Below, piece after piece: positions 1 to 14,569 of a stretch of 64,000 nt of DNA. Position 1 is the first letter of the stretch; each line of letters begins with the position of its first letter. A program made the position numbers and the translations under genes. Source of the DNA: Callorhinchus milii (Eukaryota); contig NW_024704742.1 in assembly GCF_018977255.1 (NCBI RefSeq), forward strand, positions 117,864,001 to 117,928,000, read 5' to 3'. A model generated the notes under the pieces. That model was not told where the DNA came from. It saw nothing but the letters and a program-made list of their open reading frames with translations, and made no database searches.

Positions 1-476
1 AGCAGAGCAAATGAGGGCTGACAATCCCTTTGATTATTGTGGTGGGAGGCATCATAACAGGACAAAGCATAATGAATGATATTTGAACAAGGCAATTGTA
101 ATCAGGACTGTACAATTAAATAGACTATGGTGAAAATTCTTGGTCTGGATGAGTACAGGGGTCAGCATAGCAATAATAAATACTTCTTAGCAGTATCAGT
201 AAAATAATTTGCATATTTACATGCCATATCTTGTCAAGATGTCCTAAAGTACTTAATTGCTGTCATGTTTGTGACTGTTTTTGTGAATAATACATTGATG
301 TATCAGCAAGGTTCCACAAACAGCCATCATATAAACAATCAATTCATTATGTTATTTCTTCTCTTTTCATTGTAGTATCAAGGGATCTTTAACACCCACC
401 TAAACAGAGAATGGGACTGGGAGGTTCACTAAGATACTCCTTGCGTACATGAACATAATGCTTTTTTTCTTCATAG

Positions 477-554
477 ATTCACATTCTTTAAGACATAAAG
501 ACAGACGGAAAGGTTCCATTGACGTCAGATCTGTAACATCAAGAGGAAGTGATG
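477..554 (+). CDS. PDE8B: PDE8B coding exon (SHSLRHKDRRKGSIDVRSVTSRGSD)
   Basis: tcatag acceptor, gtaaga donor, 78 nt; in frame with the next exon. Confidence 0.88.
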
Positions 555-831
555 GTAAGAAAGTCTATGGAACATCCTCATCCAAATAGACAAGTCCATT
601 GCGATTTTTTTAACAAAAATGTTATGAATATTTGCCTTGAAGTCTGTACGATAAGTACGGACTAGCGGGTTTGATGACATTCAGAATAGTGATCATACTA
701 AAGACCCTCATCCTTGCACATAGCTTTATCCCACAAAACCAGCCTATCCACTCACCATTCCATTGACAAATACAAGGTGCTGAACAGTGTGAGATATCTG
801 AAAACCTTTTCTCTGCTGCTGATTCCAACAG

Positions 832-905
832 GAAGTTCACACAACCGCCGATACTCCTCAATGGCAAGAATTCACTCCATGACAATAGAAGCTCCAATTA
901 CAAAG
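832..905 (+). CDS. PDE8B: PDE8B coding exon (GSSHNRRYSSMARIHSMTIEAPITK)
   Basis: aacag acceptor, gtgagt donor, 74 nt. Confidence 0.93.
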
Positions 906-1319
906 GTGAGTTCCGAGAGTAGTGTATTTATTCCCACAACTTTCTGTACTGTGACCAATTAATAACTTCAGCCTTCAGGAGAAGCACTCGGCAATACAGA
1001 ACGGCAGTTAATTGTAGATCAACCGTAGAGTCAAATTTATTAACTTCTAAATGTCTCTGCAATTCTCTACAACTGCTACAACCTACAACCTTCACTGCTG
1101 TAAGTCAGGCATCACTGAAAAGGAGACACACTACAAATTCTGTAGTGGCTTGCATCAAAAATAATTGACATTTTGATTAAAGTTGTATACGTATTTGAGG
1201 ATAAACAACATGCAGTGACAGAGCAGTGAGTTAGGATTAACTCCAAACTAAACATATAAGAGAGTTCAGGGAAAGTATAGGGACTAGTGTCCAGGGCACT
1301 ACTACTGACAGCACAGCGA

Positions 1320-1758
1320 GCCTGCCTCATCGGCAGGACTTGGAAGGGCAGACTAGTCACTGGGGGCAGGGAGTATTAGACTAGTCACTGATGGCACACG
1401 CAGCTCCTGTTAAACCTGCAAGCCAAAGCCCTAATGGGTAGGGTGGTCCTAGCTGGACAAGCCGCAGGAAAGCTTGCAAGACAGTGATAGCAAGCTGTGC
1501 AGTTTTAGCTGGTTAGAATCCAGCAGTAACTCCGAACACTCTGGGGTGCCCAAGCCTTGGCTCCTGCGCCTAAATACTTTCCAGAATTCGGTAAGGATGT
1601 ATGGCTCCAGGGAGAGAGTGCGTATTCCATTCCAACAACCTATCTCTGGAATTTCCATGTGTAGATGGGATGCATGGAATTCTCAGTTTGGTTTGGGTAC
1701 TCTTAAGCACACTGAGGGGTTTTCACATGTGTTAGACACCTGGCTGACCAAATAAAAC
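1320..1758 (+). repeat. Unclassified ~430-bp interspersed repeat
   Basis: ggacttggaagggcagactagtc...ggctgaccaaataaaa. Related copies: 9000-9220(-), 19690-20360(+), 36855-37250(+), 39310-39755(-), 46610-47030(+), 61140-61380(-). Confidence 0.75.
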
Positions 1759-1915
1759 GGACAGCAGCGGGCAAATTCAGGGACTGGTGCTAAAGTAAGT
1801 GAAATCTTTTCAAACAAAACAAAATCAGGTCCCTACAAGAATCCTGGAAAACATTTTCTATTATTAAATCAAAATAGTTTCCATGACAATTTATCTTTCA
1901 CCAATGCATCCATGG

Positions 1916-2144
1916 GGTAAAATTCCACCCGAGTCAAGATTTACTTTATTAACATAGCATTTCAGAGAGTGCAGAATTTGGCAAATTGTTGATTTAATTG
2001 GAGTCTCTTTTGAGTAAGTCTTAAAAGGACTTACAGAAAACCAGCTTCAGAATTAAAGACTGTGTTTAAGAATTTTGTCAAATGCTGGAAGCTCTGAAAT
2101 GTTATGTTAACAGATTAAATCTAGACCCAGATGGAATTTCTACC
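1916..2144. repeat. Palindromic ~230-bp interspersed element
   Basis: Ends ggtaaaattccacccgagtcaagattta / taaatctagacccagatggaatttctacc are inverted; central gtaagtc-N7-gacttac. Confidence 0.65.
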
Positions 2145-2828
2145 AAACAGCCAGCCGTACAGAGCAAACCTGACTGATTTATTCTTCTGCTTTAATAATG
2201 GTTAGCCATGGTATCCGAAGATGGCCGTTCACACAGTCTAAACATCTGGCTGATGAATTTGTTTGTCACAGCAGCTTCTACACTATTAACAAATTTGCTT
2301 TAATGAATGATGAAAGATGCTAAACCAAATGGAAGGTTTATTATTATATCATTTCATTAATGTTAAGTGAACTGCCCGATGTGACACTGATCCATACAAA
2401 CACACAGGCACCACAGGGATGAAATTCTGGCTGTAGTTACTTGTAGCCACTTTGGCAATGTGGGATTATAAGTATAAATGCTGATACTATGAAAACCTTT
2501 ACTTGCAGTGATGAATATTGGGTGAGGACAGGATCAGGTTTGGTTGGGATGCACCCCACAATTGAGAATCTTTCATGTACTGTTTAGGCTCACACATGAG
2601 AACGATGCATACCAGAGTGTCATCATGAAAGTGTATCGTAGCATGGAATCAGAAAGTGCGAAGATTTGGATTGTATTTGAATTAAGGACCGTGCTAGATC
2701 ATTTGTGGTGAGAAATGGTATGAGTGAAGAGCTGGAAAGATGATGCTTTTGGTCAGTTCTGGGGTTTGTGCAAATAACTTCAACGATTTATTGAAATGCA
2801 ACTCTTTCTCTTTTTCCTTTCCTGACAG

Positions 2829-2993
2829 GTTATCAATATAATTAATGCTGCCCAGGAAAATAGCCCAGTAACAGTGGCCGAGGCATTGGACAGAGTCCTG
2901 GAAATCTTGAGAACAACGGAACTCTACTCACCACAGATTGGCATCAAAGATGATGACCTACACACCAGTAATCTTGTTGGAGGTCTCATGACT
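2829..2993 (+). CDS. PDE8B: PDE8B coding exon (VINIINAAQENSPVTVAEALDRVLEILRTTELYSPQ...VGGLMT)
   Basis: Polypyrimidine tract plus cag acceptor, gtgagt donor, 165 nt. Confidence 0.95.
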
Positions 2994-4088
2994 GTGAGTT
3001 AGTAAGGACCAGCTATAAGGACATTTTACTCAGTAATGTGCCTGTTATGATAAGTCATGCATCATAGCATAAAACCATTGGTAATCTTACCAAAATATAG
3101 AATAAATTGGGATATACAATTGTTGGTATTAAGCCTTCAGAACTGAACAACTGTACATCTACTTTTGTATGTCTGAACAGCAAAGAAGCAGAATAATCTG
3201 AGTCGAGAGCAGATCTGACTCATCAAACCTTATATTTGTGTCATCCTGTTCTACAACATATATTTTTTTTTCAGATAATACACACAAAAAATGAATCTTA
3301 GCAGTAGGAAGTATTTTAAAGGATATAGACTTTTTAATAACTTGCTATTTCCCTTTTTAAATTTGGCATTTATTGCTCTGCACTTTCTTGAAGCTCTCCC
3401 TTGGGGTATTATGCTGTGGCTAAAATGACAGCCAAGGGCTCTGGGACATTCCCCTGCGTGAGGGGTGCTATATAAATGCCTGTTGTTGTTGTTGTTTTTG
3501 TTGTTGTGCAGCCAACTTGCTCTCAGATCTCTGCCAAAGCTCTTTGCCTTGCCTGATAGATTTGGAAAGCCAATTCTTTGCAGTTTTTAAAATGAAAAAG
3601 GCTCCAGATTAAGAACGAATTTCTGAATTTTCCACCATTCTGAGCAATATTATATTTTAACACAAAATTGTCTTAAAGAGTAAGACCAGGTGGAATTTTG
3701 GGCCTTGGGCGTATAATTTTAATTGTGGTATAGAGTTCTTTCAAATTAAACATTTCAGTTGCTCCTCACAAAATTACTTATACCACTTCATATTTGAATG
3801 TTTGTTCTTTATTTGAATTGCATAATTGTATTATATACATTAAATAGAGAATGCTCATGTTACAGGTAAAGTATAATGTTTGCCTACAAAAAATACTGTC
3901 TCTACAACAACAAAGTACATTGAAAGAGTGCCTTTCACACAGGATAGCAAGTCGGAACGCTATACTTTATTGTCAATCTTGTTAAGTGCTTTAAGACATT
4001 TTGATGAAGTGATCAGGCACTATATCAAATGCAAGTATGATTATTAAAATGTGTTAGTTTACGCATTACGCCTGTTTGTTTTTTTCAG

Positions 4089-4134
4089 GATGGATTACGA
4101 AGATTGTCTGGTAATGAATATATTTTCTCAAAAT
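4089..4134 (+). CDS. PDE8B: PDE8B coding exon (DGLRRLSGNEYIFSK)
   Basis: tttcag acceptor, gtaagt donor, 46 nt. Confidence 0.93.
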
Positions 4135-4689
4135 GTAAGTTCATCTTTCCTCAATTTCTTAAATATTTCCCTTTTTTAAAGAATTTTAACATTTCCCATG
4201 CAGTATTTCTTAACAGATTTGTTGCGAATAAGAAATATAAAATTATCACATTTCTAAATCATTAAATGTGATGACTGGTGTACTTCTGAACTTTCAAAAC
4301 AATACAGAATGCGTTTTTCAGTGCATTTTAATTTTCCGTATCCACACCGATTTATGCACTGCGTCAGTGAAGCTAAATTGAATGATCTGCAGAGGATAAA
4401 TTAATAGAAGGAAGTCCTTCATAGAGTTACTTTTGCTCAACTGTAGAAGGAAGGTATCAATTTAGTTATTCTTCAAAGTACCCTCTCTAAATGCAATATG
4501 TTTTTACTGTAATAAGGTGAGCAGAATTACACAGAGTACCCCACTTGGCCTAGCCATGTGCTCTGTACAAGCTCAGTATACTTTCCTGTGACTCAAGTTC
4601 TACCTCTCTACAAAAATCACATATGGGGTTGCACTGTATAGGAGTTTGAAGATGTGCCCAATTTCGATCAGTAGCTAAATAATTCTATA

Positions 4690-5450
4690 ACATAACATAA
4701 CATGTAGGAGCAAGAGTAGGCCATTCGGCCCTTCGAGCCTGCCCTGCCATTCAATCATAGCTGATCTACTAATCTAACTCCAGTTAATAACCTAACCCTG
4801 CCTTATCCACATATCCCTTAATACCTTTTGCAATAAGAAATCTATCTATCTCAGTCTTGAATATGTTCAAGGACTGAGCGTCAACAACCTTTTGGGGTAA
4901 TGAGTTCCATACATTCACCACCCTTTGAGTGAAGAAGTTCTGCGAAAGGGCTGGCCTCTGATTTTAAGGTTGTGATTCTGGTTTTAGTTTCTCCAACCAG
5001 GGGAAACAATCTCCCACTATCTACTCTGTCATGCCCTTTGATGATTTTATAGGTTTCTATAAAATCCCCTCTAATTCTTCCATATTCTAGAGAATATAGG
5101 CCCAAATTGGTCAGCCTATCCTTGTAACTCATCCCCTTCATCCCTGGTACTAACCTAGTAAACCTACGCCGCACCTCCTCCAAGGCAAGTACATCCTTCC
5201 TTAATTAAGGAGACCAAAACTGGACACAGTATTCCAGGTGTGGTCTCACCAGGGCCCTATACAGTTGCAGCAAGACTTCCCTACTCTTATACTCTAATCC
5301 TTTCATAATGAATGCTAACATACCGTTCGCCTTCCTAAATGCTGCTGCCCCTGCAGACTAACTTTCTGTGATTGGTGTACAAGGACATCCAAGTCCCTCT
5401 GGACGCTAACACATTCCAATCTCTCCCCTTCTAAAAAATAACCCGCTCTA
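4690..5450 (-). mobile_element. CR1 LINE 3' fragment
   Basis: ORF2 C-terminal peptide RRRFTRLVPGMKGMSYKDRL..LGLYSLE..RGDFIETYKIIKG followed by a CR1-type 3' UTR. Confidence 0.88.
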
Positions 5451-6455
5451 TAACGATGCTTTTTTATTGTGTTACATAGCTTTGCGACAAACAGATAAAA
5501 ACGAAGCATGGACATCTCTTGAGGGACAGATCGAGGAAGAGCCAGGTACACTTCAGATACATTTTTCATCAAATAAACAATTATTTTTGTTTCTTTAAGT
5601 GATCTGGACTATTTTTAATTTCTCCCTCCCCCAATCACATTTTGCAAACAAGCAGGCAGGAAGGAACATGTTCTTAGATCTCTATCAATGCTGCTTTGTA
5701 ACCAAATGCTGGGAATATATGGGTGTAATTTAGGTTGACTTTCAGTTAAGTGAAGGCAGCTAGAGAAGAGAACACAGGTTTGAAGTTGTGAAGTATATAT
5801 TTTGTATTTCTTTACAGAAAGGGTGATTAACTGGAGAAACAGGTTCTATGAAGAGTGCTAGAGGTTAGACTATAAGAAACTGCTTGACTCTGCAACGGGT
5901 GAATGATAGGTTGGGTATCCTGAGACTGAATAAACCAAAGGGCATTCTTTGTTAATACCTCTTTCATGATCTTGAGATTTGGCTTGAACCGTTTGCTCTG
6001 CGTCTGTGAAAAAGCTGTCCTCACTCCCTCCCTACAGGCCAGCTAATACCACAGCCGTCCCTATTTGAAATGATGGACATACTTTGGTGCTGTAACCAAA
6101 AGGTGGAGTCTATTTGGTGCATCACACTGTATTGTCAGGTCTGGGATATTACAAGGATGTCAAACTGTATTCCAGTTCATATAATCTGCCTTAGTTGAGT
6201 TCAAAAAAGAAGACAAGGTCTGTATGGTTTTATACCAGGGCCCCATGGAGGAGTCAGACACAGTACCTATAGTCCTCTACGGTGATGTGTGCCTCCTCCC
6301 CACTGTACTGTTGAGAGAAAGCACTAAACTGAAGAAGAGTAGATCAGAGAGTCAGTCACATGGGGCTCTTGCACATCTCCTAAACTGGCTGGTTGCAGAA
6401 CCACTGAGAAAGGAGAAAGTGAGAACAAAGAATCCTGAGAGAAGGAAGACATTAT

Positions 6456-7078
6456 AACAACAACAACAACAAGATTGCATTTATAGAGTGACTTTCACGT
6501 CAGGAAGACATCCCAAGGCGCTGGATAGTTGGGTCGGGACCCGAGCAGGGGGGAAATGGTCAGGGTGAGGGGAGGGAAGGGATGGAGCGAGGAGGGGGTA
6601 GAGAGTCGAGAGGAGAGGTGAAGGCACAGTTGAAGAGAAAGATCTTGAGACCGGCCTTGAAGGAGGAAAGGGAGGAGGCAAGGTGAAGGCACTGGGGGAT
6701 AGAGTTCAGAGCCTCGGGGCTGAGAGGCTGAAGGCCCGGCCACCGATGGTAGGGCGGTTGGGGCGGAGGATGTGGAGCAGACCAGAGCCAGAGGAACGGA
6801 GGGTACGGGCAGGTAAGTAGGGGGATAGTAGGTTGGAGAGGTAGGAGGGAGCGAGGCTGTGAATGGCCTTGTAGGTGAGGATGAGGATCTTGAATTCGAT
6901 CCTCTGGGGGCTGAGGAGCCAGTGGAGGAGAGCGAGGGTGGGAGTGATGTGGTCACGAAGCCTGGTGCGGGACAGTACACGAGCTGCAGAGTTCTGAATG
7001 ACCTGCAGCTTGTGGAGGGAGGTGCCGGGAAGGCCGGCGAGGAGAGAGTTCCCGTAGTCCAGCCTTGAGGTGATAAAG
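6456..7078 (-). mobile_element. L2 LINE 3' fragment
   Basis: L2 ORF2 end, stem-loop tail and (TTG)n; closely similar to the copies at 28912 and 62123. Confidence 0.85.
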
Positions 7079-7601
7079 GTTTATAAATTATATTAAATTT
7101 ATATTAATATTATAAATTGTCTTAGTCTCCTCCTTGTCTTTGAAAACAAACAATACGACTGGTTGTCTACACATTGATGTTGCCATACTATCCTCTACAG
7201 CTTTTGAACAAATTCCAATGTTATCAGTCAGTGCAATTGTCCACTGTGCGTGTCAGGGTAAATGAGGTGGCTCCAGACAATTTATACTCAGTACTTGACT
7301 TGAAGCAGTTTCAACATTTTTAATTGTCCCTTCCCACCGACTGGAGCTCTCTGTTATATCTGTTAAGCTCTTTGTAATGCTCATTCTCCATGAAAAGCAC
7401 TATTTGAGTCAATGTTGTTAATGTGGTACTCTTATAAAAAATGAGTTTGTACAATTACACAACAAAGAATACCTGGCCTACAAATTACAAAGCGCTCTGA
7501 AACATCCTCCTGATTTGAAAGGCACTATATCAAATACAAGGATAATTATTATAAACAATATTATACATGAAGACTTTAAATTGGACTTTTTGTTCTGACA
7601 G

Positions 7602-7737
7602 ATGTGCAGCTGACTCATGGGCCCTGTGCAATACCCGTCACACTCAGTGATGTCCCACCTCATATAGCAGAACTGTTGGAAGGAGAAGAAACCTGGGATT
7701 TCAATATCTTCAAACTAGAGACTGCAACTAATAAAAG
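7602..7737 (+). CDS. PDE8B: PDE8B coding exon (VQLTHG...WDFNIFKLETATNK)
   Basis: gacag acceptor, gttggc donor, 136 nt; WDFNIF marks the start of the catalytic domain. Confidence 0.93.
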
Positions 7738-8455
7738 GTTGGCTTTTGTTTTAAATTGGAAACTCTTTGGTGTTCCACAGGTTAAGTTCAGCAAACTGGT
7801 ATAATATTTATGTTCTGTCCATTTTCTCTTTGATGGCTTGTTGTCAGATGATTTCTAATTGAAGAGTAGAAAGTGCTTTCTTTAATTATATTTTAATATT
7901 CTGTTTCAGCTGCATTCATTTATATGCTGAAGCCATTTACATTTGGCTTCATCCTATAAATGAATGCCTAGCGTGAACCTTTGCATTATAGTTGTTTTTA
8001 ATTACTGATGGGTCGGTTAATGGCATACTTTAATTAGAAGATTTGTTATCCAGGGTTGAATGGGTACAATTGTAAGTAAAGTATGTTACATTTTTCAGTT
8101 TATAAGATTTTAAAAAATCTGAAATGCCTTTTACTAGGTACGTACTTTTTTCTAATTTTATTTTAATTATTAAAATTAGCATTCATACAAGGCACTGGGG
8201 AAGACATTCTCCCAACCTGAAAGGTGCTATATAAATGCAATTTGTTATATTGTTGTTGTTATTTTAATGTCGATTAAAATAAAATTAGAAAAATAAATTT
8301 GGAAGAGCAATTGGAAAGTGCACAATATAAAAAATCATTCCAAGTTTACGTCATTCATCGAGCAAAGTATAAACTATAATCAGTCAAAAAAAGGATTGAT
8401 AGGCCATTCTTGACCATTCTTAAATTCTTCTATGTTGCCTTTTCTGTCCTTTTAG

Positions 8456-8654
8456 GCCATTAGTCCACCTGGGATTAAAAATCTTCGCACAGTTTGGAGT
8501 ATGTGAGTTTTTGAACTGTTCAGAAGCAACTCTCAGGTCGTGGTTGCAGGTCATTGAGACAAATTATCATGCATCAAATTCATACCACAATTCAACACAC
8601 GCAGCTGATGTCTTGCATGCCACAGCATACTTCTTGCGGAAGGATCGAGTCAAG
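8456..8654 (+). CDS. PDE8B: PDE8B coding exon ([10 protein letters not shown]...[24 protein letters not shown])
   Basis: tttag acceptor, gtaacc donor, 199 nt; contains the YHN..H metal-binding motif. Confidence 0.96.
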
Positions 8655-9791
8655 GTAACCGTTCACATACTGAACAAATAAACTATCTGTTTTGCTAATA
8701 ATAGCTTATTGTACTCCTCTACCTTGAGTGATTCCCAGCTCTCACTCTTCAAGAAAGGGAAATATTAAATAGCCTACAATATTTATATGCATGTAGTGTC
8801 TGAGATCGTCAAATTTAACAGTCTTTCTGTGCCCTTTAAATGACTCAGGAGTGTTGTTCAAATATGACCACCTATGATGTACTTGGTGGGATGGCTGGAC
8901 ATTGTAAGGCAGAAGGTATTTAGTGTGCTTTGATGGAGCACCATTTTTGGGGGGTCAGCATGACACATACAGAAACTCATCATCATGCTTAAGAGCACCA
9001 AATCAGACTGAGAGTTGTATGCCACCTACACATGTACATTTCCGTGTCTGAATGCAAAGCGCATTCACTCCTCAGAGGGAAGCAACCTACTTCCAGAGAG
9101 TATTAAGCGCAGGTTGGCAAGAGCCAGGCTTGGAGGCTCCAGAGTTTGTGTTGGTATATTGCTAGAGTTTAAACAGCTAAAAACCCAAAGTTTGCCACTG
9201 ATATTTTTCCTATAGCAACAAGCGGGCACCTGCGCAGGATTGTTACTACAAAGACGAGAAGTTAAAATAAACTTTGTCATGCAGAGGATTATTGGTACAG
9301 TATGTGGAAAGTTCTTTCTCAAGTGGCTATTAGTGAAGAAACCATAACAACACTTAAAAACTAATTGGAGAAAAATTTGAGGAGGAAGAATGTAAGAGTG
9401 CACAGAAAAACGCAGAGAATGGGGATTATAGTAGTTGGTTCCAATCAATGTGCAAGCATCAACGAAGGCCTTCCCCTATTCTATAGTTCTATGTCTTCTG
9501 TGGGACATGGTAACAAAGAAAGGGGAAAATAAGCAGATGTTAGAATATTTAAATGTAATATATAAAGTAATATGTTTTGTTAATATATGTTAAAATGCCA
9601 TCATTCTTACTAAATGTCAATGTTTTAGATTAAAATTGTACAAAATTAATGAACAATATGTTCAGTTATTATTAGCTTTGTGAGTTACTTGATTACTTAA
9701 TATAGGGTCTTGCTCAATGAAGTGCAGTACCAGTTGTTACAACCAGTGGTTTGGTCATTGCAGCCTGTGTAATTTCTCTCTGTGTTTGTAG

Positions 9792-10103
<312 letters not shown>

Positions 10104-10189
10104 TAAAGTTCCACTTTTATCCCCAAACTCTCTTTTTGATTTACCAAATTAAAATTGCAGTAGAGAGAGGTGAGATTTTTTTTAATTAA

Positions 10190-10435
<246 letters not shown>

Positions 10436-12071
10436 TAATGACCTGGTGTTGAATCAGACGTTTTACCTTATACTGTCATTTTACAAATAACTAATTTATA
10501 ATGTATATTGGCCATTGAATTTCCCATTAATCTACTGCGGATTATTGCTTAATAAAATTTTAGTGATGATATTGCAACTATTACTTCCTCATATATGATC
10601 AATGTAAGTGCACTATGTGTCAATAGCATGGAATGTATTGGCAATTGGAATCATCATCACCAACTACTGACGAAATAACTCGCAACAGTAGAACTTCTCC
10701 ATAAAATTGATAGTTTATCGTATATATTATAAAAGCAAGTGATATCCTTAACTGATTAATAAATTAATCCAAGGGTTAGAAACGTAGAAACAGGTGGAGG
10801 CCATTTACCCTCGAGTCTATTCTGCAATTTATCAGCTTTTAATCTCTCCACCTTCACTCTATATCCCTCAATACTCTTTCTTTACATGTGCCTGCCTACC
10901 TATATATCCCTCCCTTAAGCATGTTAAATTTCAGATGTTGGCAAAAGCTTTCTTATCAAAGATGTACATTGGTAGCACTCTGACCCCTGAATCAGAAGCT
11001 TGTGGGTTTTAAGACCCTGTCAGGACTTTGAACTCATATGTTTGATATTGCTGACATTCCAATACAGTGCAAGGGGAGCGTTGTATTGTTGGAGGTGTTG
11101 CCTCTTCAGATTAGACTATTTTTTAGCATTATCTCTATTCCTTGATTAAAGTACTATCTTGTAACAAATTTGAGGGCTCAATATTGCATTCTTCTTGCTT
11201 CTGTTATCAGGATTTCAAGTGTCTGCTAACTAAACTCAGGATTACATTCAATAAGCAATCTTCATATTCACCATCTTGCGGCATGTGAATAATATTTCTA
11301 CACTCTTGCAGCATGAATGGCTACTAGAGAATATCCTTCTATTGTAACTTACTGTTGATATAGTGAAAATGAAGTAGTGAAATTGCTAATATTTTCTGAA
11401 CCAATTCTGACATGTGTTTATAGTGTGTTTTTCCATCTTCAAAGGCAGATTGAGGAGTACATTATTCTGGTCTTTAAAATGCTGAAAGTCATAGTTGATA
11501 CAGATGTCAGCAACTTAGTTGAATCAGTCTAAAAGAAAGGATATGATCCTAAAACAAAAAAGCCTCAAGTAGGACTTTAGATTTCAAGATTTTTTCCCCC
11601 TTGGAGTCGTGAGGTTGTCTTGAGGTTGTCCCATATCTAGGCATCAACCACTTGCTTGCTAATCCAACCCTGAATTGACTAATCAACCCTGAGTTGATTA
11701 GTCCCTTAATCCAGAAATACTTTCTTATGGCTGTCACAACATTTCCCGTCACAGCCCTGAACCTGTGACCTTACCGTACGTAAATGTATTGTTTTGGGTT
11801 TATTTCTCTATCCCAAATAGCATCTTCTATACATTTATAATGTCTCCATTCCTATTGAATACTCCAATCCCTGACATCCGTCACCGCAATAAACAAAAAA
11901 GGGCGACCAAAATTGCAGTTAAAAGAAGTTACCAATCATAAGTTATTTCATACTGTAGGTTTATGAACAAAACATACCTTGACATAGCATTGTATAATGC
12001 TGATAACCAATGGATTGCTTTATGACAACCAATGCTGTTTAAGTGCTGAAAATCCTGCTTATATTCCACAG

Positions 12072-12239
12072 AGTGGCAGCAGTGATGGTGAATATTCATC
12101 CAACCTAAAGAACTCTGTGGAAAATAGACTACTCATTAAACGTATGATGATTAAATGTGCTGATGTTGCCAACCCTTGCCGCCCAATAGAGTTGTGCATC
12201 GAATGGGCAGGAAGAATTTCAGAAGAATATTTTGCTCAG
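12072..12239 (+). CDS. PDE8B: PDE8B coding exon (SGSSDGEY...[11 protein letters not shown]...EEYFAQ)
   Basis: cacag acceptor, gtaata donor, 168 nt. Confidence 0.94.
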
Positions 12240-13017
12240 GTAATATATGATAAAAATAATATTGCATATTTTAAAGTAATTCAAAGCTTTAGAGTTTCAG
12301 CTTCTTTGAAGCAAATCCTAAATGAAGAATGAGACTTTTCCAAATGCATTAAAATGTAAAGAGAAATAGTTTTCATTTATTTCACGATATTCCAACTAGT
12401 GTAAACCCCAAATTACCTTGTGTTTTCCTGTAAGTCTATTTTGTCTAAAAAAAATTAAGTTCAGACAGAATAATGGAAAATTCTTAAATTCAGTCAGAAT
12501 TTAGAAGATGTTTTCCACAGTTGTTTAAATAACCTGTCTTCCAAATTAAGACTAGATAATAATTTTCCACAATTGTATACAGTTAAAATCTTTTACTTTT
12601 AAGAGAAATTGGACTGACAGGCAAAGATTAAATGGCATTTTGGTCCATATATTGAGATATAATAAATAATCTTTGTTTGTACTTATCAGAATTATATTTT
12701 CCTTAGTCTCAACTTACTGTAATTTTTATTGTTTATTTTCTGCATATTATACAAAATACATAATCATTACAATTTGCACTATATCCTTTGAAGTGCATTG
12801 AGATATCCCCTGATGTGAAAGGCTCTATACCAAATGTAAGATTAATATCAAACATAAGATTATACATTTGGGTGAAAGAGATTGATCGAATACACTCAAT
12901 TAAGACAATTAGTCTGAATGTTGCTTAAATGAGTTGATACAGATGAAGTAGAAACCCTGTGTTGTAAGTGACATTCTCTTATTCTCTTTATTTATCAATC
13001 ATTGTGTTTGTCTACAG

Positions 13018-13147
13018 ACAGATGAGGAGAAAAGTCAAGGTTTGCCAGTCGTGATGCCGGTCTTTGATCGCAATTCTTGTAGTATTCCGAAATCTCAGAT
13101 ATCATTTATCGACTATTTTATAAATGATATGTTTGATGCTTGGGATG
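13018..13147 (+). CDS. PDE8B: PDE8B coding exon ([34 protein letters not shown]...AWD)
   Basis: tacag acceptor, gtaaga donor, 130 nt; invariant substrate-binding Gln. Confidence 0.95.
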
Positions 13148-13873
13148 GTAAGAATTTCAATATCTTTTTTTATTTGCAGCAAATTTTAATGATTTTATTG
13201 CTTAAAAAAACTGTTCAAACCCGACTTTTAAATTAGGAGTGAATTTAATAATTTTCCAAAGTGCAATTCTCTTAAAGCTAAGGCAGAGACTTCAGGCATC
13301 ACAGATATTACAAAACATAGCCCCACATTATTTTGTCTTGCCAGCTGGGTGTTTGATAAACCAGGAGGCCTCTGCCATGCTTTAAGAGTATCTGCTTCCA
13401 GCTACCAAGAACTTACAGAAGCAGTGGTTTCTTAGGCAGTTCAGGAGTGTGCAGTATTTGTCCGGGGTACACACTATAAAACTAAACCCGCAATGCTTGT
13501 TGAGCTGCTGCTGAACTGTAAGCACCTAATTTATGAGGTACTGGTAGGTTTCCGCTGCTTGTCCTTCTAGGACCACATTAGAACACTAGTTTGCAAAACT
13601 ATCAGGAAGAATCTTGATGCCCAGTTCTATGCGTACCCCACCAACTCCCAATTGGTCCATCATCAACTGTGGGCACACTTTGCTAAAATATTATGTCATT
13701 GTGCCTTCCACAAAGAATTGACTTGATTTGCTTTCCATATTATCTTAGAATCTTCAGAAAGAACCTGCTTACCTTCTTCCTTGCCCGAGGAGAATAAATT
13801 CATAAATATTATACTGTGCATACTGTACATAACTTGAATTCATTTTATCTAATTTCTACTCTCTTCCTTACAG

Positions 13874-13983
13874 CGTTTGCAAACCTTCCAAATTTAATGC
13901 TTCACTTGAATGAAAACTACAAGTACTGGAAAACATTGGATGAACATGTGTTTAAGGGTCTCCGACCTCCATCTGACTCTTAA
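13874..13983 (+). CDS. PDE8B: PDE8B last coding exon ([35 protein letters not shown])
   Basis: tacag acceptor; TAA stop at 13981-13983. Confidence 0.94.
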
Positions 13984-14541
13984 AAGCAAAGGTGAAAGGA
14001 CAGGATATTTTATTTCCCAACATCACTGACTGAAGCAAAGCTATTGAGAGTTTCTATTTTACTTCAAGTGACTTAATTTTCAAACAAGTCACACACAATA
14101 TAGGAAGGTTTGATGTACAGTGTGTGTAAAAAGGAACTATGTTGAATTGTTATAGATATTCCAACTACTAAAATAATATATTTCGGCTCTTGAGTTTTGC
14201 TTTGTTAAATTCAAGTTCATCTTAGTGCCAAAAATGAAAATTGTGATGCATTCAGGAAAAGAACAAAATGTTTGCTGAGAAAAGATAAATTAAAACAAAT
14301 ATTTCTGTAATTACCCTTAAGTCACAAGTGTATATAAAAGTAAATCTTTTATTTTCCATAGTAATCTTTTCTCTCTGAGAAAAAGGCTTTGGAGAAATCA
14401 TAGATTTTTATTCTGACTGTTGGTAATTTTTATGCAGTCTTACCGCGATGTGAAAAATGACAGTCCAGGCCTTAAGGCAATTTTGAATGCTATTAATGCT
14501 GGTTAGCATATTTCAATGTACAGTAGTTTTTTTTAAATAGC

Positions 14542-14569
14542 AATAAATTTGAGGAATATATGTAATAAA
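14542..14569 (+). terminator. Candidate proximal poly(A) signals of PDE8B
   Basis: AATAAA at 14542-14547 and 14564-14569, about 560 nt after the stop. Confidence 0.4.
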
